Shown: positions 16,364 through 23,890 of the stretch, piece by piece
Position numbering within the stretch: the stretch's first letter is position 1
How the letters are laid out: every line of letters starts with the position of its first letter
Source: Frankiales bacterium
Lineage (GTDB): Bacteria; Actinomycetota; Actinomycetes; Mycobacteriales; SCTD01
DNA length: 30,174 nucleotides
Assembly (NCBI GenBank): GCA_025965495.1
Contig: JAOPWW010000339.1
Location: 1-30,174, forward strand
Direction: 5' to 3'
Made by a program: the position numbers and the translations under genes
The notes under the pieces: generated by a model
What the model was told of the DNA's origin: nothing
The model's database searches: none
What the model saw: the letters and a program-made list of their open reading frames with translations, nothing else

Positions 16364-16935
16364 GCAAGCGCCGCCGCCCGTCCGGCCAGCGTCGTCCCGC
16401 GCAGCGGCGATCTGCTGCCGCGACCCCGCCCAGCAGTCCTGCCGCGCCTGCTGCGCGGACCGCCCCCGCTGCCCGGACCGCCTCCGCTGCGCCGACCGGC
16501 CCCGCACCCGGTCGTCCGGCTGCGGCTGCCCGTCCGGCTCCTTCCGGCGCCGTCCCGGTGTTCGACGTGCCGGAGCTGGTGCGCGGGGCGTCGTCGGGGT
16601 TCAGCGTCCTGCTGCTCGGCAGCGCGGCGCAGCCGATCGCGAGCGCGGTCAGCTCCCAGCTCGGCCTGCTGTGGCTGAGCCTCACCGCGGCCCTCGCCTT
16701 CGTGCTGGCCGGCCGGCGGGTCGGCGCCGCGGGTCGCCCGCTCCTGCAGGGCCCGGTCGCGGCGGTCCTGGCCTTCACCCTCACGCTGCCCCTGGTGGTG
16801 GTCCTGCAGGGCGGGCTGCACGTGGTGCAGTCGGCCGTGACGCTCGTCTACGCCGTCGTCGTGGGGGCGTTCGCCACCCGCCTGCCCCGGCGCGCGCCAC
16901 GCTCGCGGGGGACCCGCGAGGGCCAGGGCGCCTAG
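16360..16935 (+). CDS. Small membrane protein: basic Pro/Ala-rich N-terminal tail plus about 4 TM helices
   Basis: GTGA overlap; four hydrophobic stretches after about residue 70; no recognisable catalytic motif. Confidence 0.7.
   Translation: MSKRRRPSGQRRPAQRRSAAATPPSSPAAPAARTAPAARTASAAPTGPAPGRPAAAARPAPSGAVPVFDVPELVRGASSGFSVLLLGSAAQPIASAVSSQLGLLWLSLTAALAFVLAGRRVGAAGRPLLQGPVAAVLAFTLTLPLVVVLQGGLHVVQSAVTLVYAVVVGAFATRLPRRAPRSRGTREGQGA
16450..16503 (+). repeat. 3 x 18-nt imperfect tandem repeat encoding AARTAP-AARTAS-AAPTGP
   Basis: gctgcgcggaccgccccc / gctgcccggaccgcctcc / gctgcgccgaccggcccc. Confidence 0.7.
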
Positions 16936-16946
16936 TCCTTCCTGAC

Positions 16947-16976
16947 CATCCCCACCCCCCCGAACGGGGGGAGATG
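16947..16976. promoter_or_regulatory. C-run/G-run inverted repeat (terminator or regulator-binding site)
   Basis: CATC..CCCCCCC-GAAC-GGGGGG-A-GATG in the 113-nt gap before yrbEA. Confidence 0.45.
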
Positions 16977-17020
16977 CCCGACATGCGGTGGGTTATGCCA
17001 GGCACCTGTGACCTCTTACG

Positions 17021-17034
17021 GTGACGCGAGTCAC
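17021..17034. promoter_or_regulatory. CRP/FNR-like palindrome GTGAC-GCGA-GTCAC (GTGA-N6-TCAC)
   Basis: Inverted repeat overlapping a candidate -10 TACGGT (17017-17022), just upstream of SD GGAGGT. Confidence 0.45.
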
Positions 17035-17048
17035 GACGGAGGTAGCCC

Positions 17049-18236
17049 GTGAAGGACGACGACGGACCCGCAGAGGGTCCTGCAGCGAAGGCCGTGCCCA
17101 CGCCTCGCCCGAGGACGCGCACGGTCGCAGTGGAGGCGTCGGCGACGCCTGTGGCGCGCCGCGCCACGAAGCGCCGGACGGCCGGGTCCGTCCCCGTCGT
17201 CTCCCTCGAGGAGGCGTCCGTGGCGCTCGACGACGACGGCCCGAGCCGCTGGGAACTGCTGGACACCGACGGCGAGCCGGCGCAGGACGAAGGGCGCGAC
17301 GCCGCCTTCGCCGGCCTCCCGCCCGCGACGGCGCTCGCGCTGCTCGACGACCCCGAGGAGGCGCAGCGCCTCCAGGTGCCCACCGGGCTCATGGGCAGCG
17401 AGAGCGAGGCCCTCCAGGCGGCCGAGGAGTCGCTGAAGGCCAAGCGCAAGGGCCCGAACGTCCTGGTCCGCGGCCTCGTGGAGCTCGGGGAGATGTCGAC
17501 GATGGGCGCGGCGGTCCTCTACGACGCCGTCCGTCACCCGCGTGGCTACTGGGGCGACGTCCGCGACCAGATGCACAGCATCCTCAAGCTCTGCTGGCTC
17601 CCGATGATCGTCAGCTGCATCGCCTTCGGCCTGGGCGCTCCTGGCCTGCAGGGCGGCAACATCTACAGCCTGTTCGGCATCCCGGACCGCCTCGGCTCGT
17701 TCTTCATCATGGCGTCGGTCCGCGAGTTCGCCCCGTGGATCAACGCCATGGTCGTGGCCGGCGTCGTCGGCACGGCCGTGACCGCCGACCTCGGCGCCCG
17801 GCGCATCCGCGAGGAGATCGACGCGCTCGAGGTGCTCGGCATCGACGTCATGCGCAGCCTGATCCTGCCGCGTGTGCTCGGCCTGATGTTCATGACCGGC
17901 CTGCTGGACCTGCTGGCCCTGGCCTGCGGCATCGTCGGCGGCTTCATCGCCGCCGTCCCGATCCTGGGCTCCAGCCCCGGTGCGTTCTACGGCAGCTTCT
18001 TCGCCAACGCAAACGTCGTCGACCTGCTCGGCTCGGTCATCAAGACCTCGTGCTTCGGGCTCTTCGTCGGCGTCATCTGCTGCTACAAGGGCTACACGGC
18101 CAAGGGTGGCCCGATCGGCGTCGGACGTGCCGTGAACCAGGCCGTCGTCATCAGCTTCGCCGCGATCTGGATCTTCAACTACGTGTTCACCGCCACCATG
18201 CTCGGGCTCTTCCCCGAGATCCAGGTCTTCCGGTAG
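17049..18236 (+). CDS. yrbEA: YrbE/MlaE-family permease subunit A with a long N-terminal extension
   Basis: VREFAP...AGVVGTAVTADLGARRIREEIDALEVLGID, GYTAKGGPIGVGRAVNQAVV; SD GGAGGT before GTG. Confidence 0.9.
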   Translation: MKDDDGPAEGPAAKAVPTPRPRTRTVAVEASATPVARRATKRRTAGSVPVVSLEEASVALDDDGPSRWELLDTDGEPAQDEGRDAAFAGLPPATALALLDDPEEAQRLQVPTGLMGSESEALQAAEESLKAKRKGPNVLVRGLVELGEMSTMGAAVLYDAVRHPRGYWGDVRDQMHSILKLCWLPMIVSCIAFGLGAPGLQGGNIYSLFGIPDRLGSFFIMASVREFAPWINAMVVAGVVGTAVTADLGARRIREEIDALEVLGIDVMRSLILPRVLGLMFMTGLLDLLALACGIVGGFIAAVPILGSSPGAFYGSFFANANVVDLLGSVIKTSCFGLFVGVICCYKGYTAKGGPIGVGRAVNQAVVISFAAIWIFNYVFTATMLGLFPEIQVFR

Positions 18237-18249
18237 AGGGTCGCTGACA

Positions 18250-19122
18250 ATGACTACGATGTTGATCCCCCCGGACGTCCGCGAGGACGACCAGTTCCAG
18301 GACTTCGAGCCGCAGGGCGTCACGTTCACGCCCGGCACCTTCGCCGACAAGGCGAAGGAGATGCTGCGCACCTTCGGCGAGCTCGCCCGGTTCAGCGTCG
18401 CCACCGTCAAGTCCATCCCCGGCCTGCGCAGCTACAGCAGCGAGGTGCTCCGTCAGACGTCGATCCTGGTGCTCTCCAGCGGTCTGATCATCTGGCTGAT
18501 GCTGTTCGTGATGGGTTCCGTCTGCGGCGTCGAGGCGAACTACACCCTCAAGCAGATCGGCGCCCCGCTCTACTCCGGCGTCTTCACCGCCTACTGCGGG
18601 CTGCGCGAGATGGCGCCGTACATGTGGGGCTACATCCTCGCGGCCAAGGTCGGCTGCGGCCTCGTCGCCGAGATCGGCTCCATGCGGATCTCCGAGGAGG
18701 TCGACGCGATGGAGGTCATGGGCGTCGACTCCATGACCTACCTCGTCGCCGCCCGCGTCGTGGCCGCCTGGATCGCCATGCCGTTCCTCTACATCGTCGG
18801 CCTCGGGCTGCTCGACCTGTCCGAGTACCTGGTGGTGGTGGTCCAGCTCAGGGGCGTCTCGGCCGGCGCCTACTCGTTCATCTTCTGGCTGTACCAGAAC
18901 CCCGCCGACCTGCTGTTCAGCCTCGCCAAGGCGATGGCCATGGGCACGGTGATCGTCTTCGTCGGCTGCTTCTACGGCTACACGACGCGCGGCGGACCGG
19001 TGAACGTCGGCCGCAACACCGCGAAGTCCATGGTCCTGAACATGGTGCTCGTCCACGTCGTGGGCCTGCTCGGCACCCAGCTGTTCTGGGGCCTCGCTCC
19101 CAACGCCCCCATCGCGAACTGA
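18250..19122 (+). CDS. yrbEB: YrbE/MlaE-family permease subunit B
   Basis: LREMAP...AAKVGCGLVAEIGSMRISEEVDAMEVMG, GYTTRGGPVNVGRNT. Confidence 0.92.
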   Translation: MTTMLIPPDVREDDQFQDFEPQGVTFTPGTFADKAKEMLRTFGELARFSVATVKSIPGLRSYSSEVLRQTSILVLSSGLIIWLMLFVMGSVCGVEANYTLKQIGAPLYSGVFTAYCGLREMAPYMWGYILAAKVGCGLVAEIGSMRISEEVDAMEVMGVDSMTYLVAARVVAAWIAMPFLYIVGLGLLDLSEYLVVVVQLRGVSAGAYSFIFWLYQNPADLLFSLAKAMAMGTVIVFVGCFYGYTTRGGPVNVGRNTAKSMVLNMVLVHVVGLLGTQLFWGLAPNAPIAN

Positions 19123-19135
19123 GAAGGCTGCCCCG

Positions 19136-19933
19136 ATGACTGCTCCCACGATGCACCCCGGCACCCGCCGCCCCGACCTCGAGAACGCGGTCGAGGTGAC
19201 CGACCTGCACAAGAAGTTCGGCGACTTCGAGGTCCTCAAGGGCCTCGACATGAACTTCAAGAACGGCGCGATCACCACGGTCCTCGGTCCGTCCGGCACC
19301 GGCAAGAGCGTGCTGCTCAAGCACATGGTCGCCCTGCTGGAGCCCGACCGCGGCGACGTCGTGTTCTACGGCGAGAAGGTGTCCGGGATGACGCAGGCCG
19401 AGAAGCTGCAGATGCGGCAGCGCTACGGCGTCCTGTTCCAGGACGGCGCGCTCTTCGGCTCGATGAACATCTACGACAACGTCGCCTTCCCCCTCCGCAA
19501 GCACACCGACAAGTCGGAGGAGGAGATCCGCGACCTCATCATCCGGCGCCTGACCGAGGTCGGCCTGGACCGGTCCTTGACCAAGTTCCCGAACGAGGTC
19601 TCGGGCGGGATGCGCAAGCGCGCCGGCTTCGCCCGGGCGCTCGTGCTCAACCCCGACGTCGTGCTGTTCGACGAGCCCGACTCCGGCCTCGACCCGGTCC
19701 GCACCAGCCTGCTCAACGACCTGATCCTGGACATGCACGCCGAGCACGGCGGCACGTACCTCCTGGTCACCCACAACATCCCGACGGCGCGCAAGGTCAG
19801 CGACTACGTCGGCCTCGTCTGGCAGGGCCGCAAGATCCACTACGGCCCGACCGAGGAGGCGTTCGACAGCGAGGACCCGTTCGTCCGCCAGTTCCTCGCG
19901 GGTGACTCGGCCGGCCCGCTCGGGATGGACTGA
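19136..19933 (+). CDS. mceG: MceG/Mkl/MlaF-family ABC ATPase (intact)
   Basis: GPSGTGKS, LFQDGALF, VSGGMRKRAGFARAL, LFDEPDSGLDP, VTHN, SEDPFVRQFL. Confidence 0.92.
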   Translation: MTAPTMHPGTRRPDLENAVEVTDLHKKFGDFEVLKGLDMNFKNGAITTVLGPSGTGKSVLLKHMVALLEPDRGDVVFYGEKVSGMTQAEKLQMRQRYGVLFQDGALFGSMNIYDNVAFPLRKHTDKSEEEIRDLIIRRLTEVGLDRSLTKFPNEVSGGMRKRAGFARALVLNPDVVLFDEPDSGLDPVRTSLLNDLILDMHAEHGGTYLLVTHNIPTARKVSDYVGLVWQGRKIHYGPTEEAFDSEDPFVRQFLAGDSAGPLGMD

Positions 19934-21159
19934 TGTCCAAGGCACTCGCCCTCACAGCAGCGGCGGCCGTCATCAGCAGCCTCGTGCTCGCCGGCGGCGT
20001 CGCCCACGCGGACGACTACTCCGTCAAGCTCGTCTTCCCCTCCGCCCCGAGCGTGCTCAAGGGCGAGCGCGTCGTCGTCGGCGGGATCCAGGCCGGCAAG
20101 GTGGCCTCGGTCCGCGCCAAGGACGGCCAGGCGGTGGTCACGGTCACGCTCGACCAGGCCTACGCGCCGCTCCACGAGGGGACCACGGCTGCGATCGAGT
20201 GGAAGGCCCTGCTCGGCGAGCGTGTCATCAACGTGACCCCCGGGCCGAAGAGCAGCAGGAAGCTGCGCGACGGCGCGCTCGTCCGCGGCATGGACGACCG
20301 CGTCGAGCTCGACGAGGTGCTCAACACCCTCGACGCCCCCACCCGGGAGCGGCTCAAGGGCACCCTCGCCCAGCTGACGAAGGTCGTCGACGGCAACGAG
20401 AAGCCCGTGAACGACACGCTGGCCGCCACGGCCCCGACGCTCGACGCGCTGTCGAACGTGCTGGCGGGCCTCGGCACCGACGGTCCGGCCATCCACGACC
20501 TCGTGACCCGGCTGGACGCCATGGTCGGCGAGCTCGACGCCCGCCGCGGCGACCTGTCGACGACGGTGCGGGACCTGACGGCGCAGCAGACGACGCTGAC
20601 CGCGCGGCAGGCCGAGATGCAGTCCACGCTCGTGCGGCTGCCCGGCGCGCTGGACCAGGCGCGCAGCACGCTCGACAAGGTGCCCGGCGCCGTGCGGGCA
20701 GCCGGCCCGCTCCTGCGCGACCTCGCGCCCGTCACCGCGAAGCTCCCCGGCGTGACGTCACAGCTGACGCCGCTGCTGCGGGACCTCAACCCCACCCTCG
20801 AGCAGCTGCGGCCGACCGCCGCCGACCTGTCCAGCGTGCTCGCCCAGACGCCCGGGCTGCTCGACACGAGCTCGGCGCTCCTGCCGCAGGTGTCGAGCAC
20901 GCTCGACCAGCTGTCACCGGCGCTGACCTACGTGCGCCCCTACACCCCCGAGATCATGGGCTTCCTGTCCAACTGGGGGCAGGCCGGCGCGCAGTTCGAC
21001 AGCCAGGACCACGTGGCCCGCGTCCGCGTGACCGAGGGCACCACCAGCCCTGTGGGCGTGCTGACCTCACTTCCGCCCGGCATCACCAAGGGCAACCGCA
21101 AGCCTGGCCAGAACGCCGGCCAGACCTGGACCGACGCACACGGGGACACGATCCGATGA
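19933..21159 (+). CDS. mce: MCE-family protein 1 (possible cleavable signal peptide)
   Basis: MCE domain (LKGERVVVGGIQAGKV...ALLGERVINVTPG), long helical region, C-terminal PY...F...D...R motif; TGATG overlap. Confidence 0.88.
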   Translation: MSKALALTAAAAVISSLVLAGGVAHADDYSVKLVFPSAPSVLKGERVVVGGIQAGKVASVRAKDGQAVVTVTLDQAYAPLHEGTTAAIEWKALLGERVINVTPGPKSSRKLRDGALVRGMDDRVELDEVLNTLDAPTRERLKGTLAQLTKVVDGNEKPVNDTLAATAPTLDALSNVLAGLGTDGPAIHDLVTRLDAMVGELDARRGDLSTTVRDLTAQQTTLTARQAEMQSTLVRLPGALDQARSTLDKVPGAVRAAGPLLRDLAPVTAKLPGVTSQLTPLLRDLNPTLEQLRPTAADLSSVLAQTPGLLDTSSALLPQVSSTLDQLSPALTYVRPYTPEIMGFLSNWGQAGAQFDSQDHVARVRVTEGTTSPVGVLTSLPPGITKGNRKPGQNAGQTWTDAHGDTIR

Positions 21160-22610
21160 AGCTCCTCCTCGACGGGCACCGCTACGGCGCCCTCGGCGTC
21201 GCGGCCGCCGTCGTGCTCAGCACCACCGGCCTCGCCACCGGTGCCACGCACATGGGCCACCGCTCCGACGCGCGCCGGGTCTTCGTCGACCTCGCCGACG
21301 CCGGCGCGATCATCAACGGCAACGACGTCCGCCTCCACGGCGTCAAGGTCGGCAGCGTCTCGAGCGTCAAGGTCGTGAAGGGCAAGGCGCGTCTGGCCCT
21401 GGACCTCATCGAGGACGCCGGCCCGCTCCACCGGGACGCGGTGGTCCGGGTCCGTCCGGTCAGCCTGCTCGGCGAGCGCTTCGTCGAGATCGAGCCCGGG
21501 ACGGCTGCCGCGCCGCTGCTCGAGGACGGCGACGTCATCCCGGCGTCGCAGTCCAGCCGGTCGGTCGACCTCGACGAGGTCCTCAACGCCGTCGACGCCC
21601 CGACCGGCAAGGCGCTGCAGGCGCTCGTCACCGGCCTCGGCGAGGGCGTCGCGGGCCAGGGCGGCAACACGCGGGACGCGCTCAAGGCGCTCAGCCCGGC
21701 GCTCAGCCGCACCGACGAGCTCGTCGCCATCCTCGACGACCAGAACAGCGTCCTCACCACGCTCATCGACGACGTCACCCCGGTCATGGCCGGTCTCGAC
21801 GCCGACGGGGGCAAGGACCTCGACGCCCTCATGGGGAACGCCGGGCACCTGCTGGCGGCGACGTCGGCGCAGCAGGAGGCCATGGCGGCCTCGCTGCAGG
21901 CGCTGCCCGCGACGCTGAAGCAGGCACGCAGCACGCTCGCCGTCCTGTCCGGCGTGGCCGACCAGGCCACCCCGGCCCTGCACGACCTCCGCCCGGTCAC
22001 GAGCGACCTCGCCGGCATCTCCCGCGAGCTCGAGGCGTTCGGAGCCGCTGCCGACCCGGCGCTCGCCAGCCTCACGCCGGTGCTCGCCCGGGCGCAGACC
22101 CTTCTCGACCAGACCCGGCCGCTGGTGGCCGAGCTGCAGAGGACCAGCCCGCTGCTGGTGAAGGACACCGCGGCCGCCACCGAGCTGCTCACCGACTACC
22201 GCACGCACCTGCGCGGGACGCTGAACTTCCTGCGCGACTGGGGCATCACGGCCAACGGCCAGGACGGCCTGTCCAACTACTTCCGCGCCGTCGTCGCGGT
22301 CGAGGGCGAGACCGCGACGACCCCCGTCGACGCGGTCGCGCCGGGCGTGGTCCCGCCGCTGCCCAAGCTGCCGGGCCAGCCCGCGGTCAAGGTCCCGGGG
22401 GTGAAGGTGCCGGCCGTCAAGGTCCCCGCGCTGAAGGTCCCCGCTCTCGAGGTCCCGGGCGTCAAGGCACCCGCCGTGACGGTGCCGCGCGTCGGCGGCC
22501 TGCTCAAGGCGCCGACCACCACCTCCGGTCCGCGCGCGCCCAGTGCGACCGGTCTCACCCCGCAGCAGGAGTCCAACCTGCTCGGCTTCCTGCTTGGAGG
22601 CACGCCGTGA
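21156..22610 (+). CDS. mce: MCE-family protein 2 with a Pro-rich pentapeptide-repeat tail
   Basis: GNDVRLHGVKVGSV...SLLGERFVEIEPG; ATGA overlap. Confidence 0.88.
   Translation: MKLLLDGHRYGALGVAAAVVLSTTGLATGATHMGHRSDARRVFVDLADAGAIINGNDVRLHGVKVGSVSSVKVVKGKARLALDLIEDAGPLHRDAVVRVRPVSLLGERFVEIEPGTAAAPLLEDGDVIPASQSSRSVDLDEVLNAVDAPTGKALQALVTGLGEGVAGQGGNTRDALKALSPALSRTDELVAILDDQNSVLTTLIDDVTPVMAGLDADGGKDLDALMGNAGHLLAATSAQQEAMAASLQALPATLKQARSTLAVLSGVADQATPALHDLRPVTSDLAGISRELEAFGAAADPALASLTPVLARAQTLLDQTRPLVAELQRTSPLLVKDTAAATELLTDYRTHLRGTLNFLRDWGITANGQDGLSNYFRAVVAVEGETATTPVDAVAPGVVPPLPKLPGQPAVKVPGVKVPAVKVPALKVPALEVPGVKAPAVTVPRVGGLLKAPTTTSGPRAPSATGLTPQQESNLLGFLLGGTP
22380..22484 (+). repeat. 7 x 15-nt tandem repeat encoding P-[AG]-[VL]-[KET]-[VA]
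   Basis: PAVKV PGVKV PAVKV PALKV PALEV PGVKA PAVTV read directly from sequence. Confidence 0.85.
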
Positions 22611-23890
22611 TCCCCCAGGGACGCGACCGCAAGCCGGCCCTGGTCGGGATCGGCATGGTCGGGCTGTTCGGCCTCAGCCTCGGCCTCGCCTTCACCATCG
22701 CCAGCAACGTGCCGGGCCGGCACTACACGGTCGCCAAGGCCTCCTTCAGCGACGTCGGCGGCCTGCGGGTCGGCGACGACGTCCGGGAGAACAGCGTCCG
22801 CATCGGCCAGGTGCGCGCCATCGACGTCGGGGAGCACGGTGGCCTCGTCACCCTGCAGATCGACGGCCAGAAGGAGCTGTACTCCGACGCCAAGGCGGCG
22901 CTGCGCGCCCGCTCGTCGCTCGGCCAGACCTACGTCGACCTGGCCCCCGGCACGGCGGCCAAGGGCGCTCTGCCGAAGGCCGGCATCCCGGTGGCGGCCA
23001 CCTCGGCACAGACGCAGCTCGACGACGTGCTCAACGTCTTCGACACGAAGACCCGCAAGCAGGCGGCCGACGTGCTGGCCACGACCGGCCACGGCGTCGC
23101 CGGTCACTCGCAGGACGTCAACGACTTCCTGGCGAACGGTCCCGACACCTTGAACGCCCTGGGTGCCGTCACCGGCGCCGCCGCGAGCAAGGAGGCCGAC
23201 GTGACGAGCCTCATCGCCACGTCGGGCCGGCTCGCCTCCCGCGTCAGCGACCAGCAAGCCGAGATCGCGGGTCTGGTGCGCGACACCGGCACCGTCCTCG
23301 GCGCCGTCGCCACCGAGGACGGCACGCCGCTCCAGCAGACGCTGGTCGAGCTCCCCAGCACCCTCGCGGCCGCCCGCGTCGGTCTGCACGAGGCGGAGCA
23401 GCCGCTGCAGGACACCGCCGACGCGCTGACCGCCCTGCGCCCGGCCGCCCGCGACCTCGGCGCCGTCACGCCCGCGCTCCGCAAGACGGTGCGCGACCTG
23501 GTCCCTCCGCTCGAGAAGGTCCCGGGCGTCGCCGGCAAGACGAGCACGGCCGTCACGAGCCTGCGCAGGACCGCGACGGACCTCCGCCCGCTGGCCCCGA
23601 AGATCACCAAGGGCCTGTCGCTCGGCAACGACCCGCTCGAGGTGCTCGCCCCCTACGGCCTCGACATCGGGCTGTTCTTCGACAGCTTCGCCCGCACGGT
23701 CGAGAACTCCAACCCGGACGGCAGCCACTACGTCCGCATCGACGTCACCGAGACCACGCAGGTCCTCAGCGGCAACGTCCCGGTGGCCGACCCGCTGAGC
23801 AAGCGCGACCCCTACCCGAAGCCGCGCACCGCGCGCGGACCGGGCGCTCCCTACGGCTACGACGACCCCCAGGCGAAGGGCACCCCATGA
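22607..23890 (+). CDS. mce: MCE-family protein 3
   Basis: N-terminal TM; GLRVGDDVRENSVRIGQV...SSLGQTYVDLAPG; GTGA overlap. Confidence 0.88.
   Translation: MIPQGRDRKPALVGIGMVGLFGLSLGLAFTIASNVPGRHYTVAKASFSDVGGLRVGDDVRENSVRIGQVRAIDVGEHGGLVTLQIDGQKELYSDAKAALRARSSLGQTYVDLAPGTAAKGALPKAGIPVAATSAQTQLDDVLNVFDTKTRKQAADVLATTGHGVAGHSQDVNDFLANGPDTLNALGAVTGAAASKEADVTSLIATSGRLASRVSDQQAEIAGLVRDTGTVLGAVATEDGTPLQQTLVELPSTLAAARVGLHEAEQPLQDTADALTALRPAARDLGAVTPALRKTVRDLVPPLEKVPGVAGKTSTAVTSLRRTATDLRPLAPKITKGLSLGNDPLEVLAPYGLDIGLFFDSFARTVENSNPDGSHYVRIDVTETTQVLSGNVPVADPLSKRDPYPKPRTARGPGAPYGYDDPQAKGTP

Noticed and set aside
22380-22484. 15-nt tandem array as CRISPR or non-coding repeat
   Set aside because: No spacers; in-frame within an mce gene with synonymous variation
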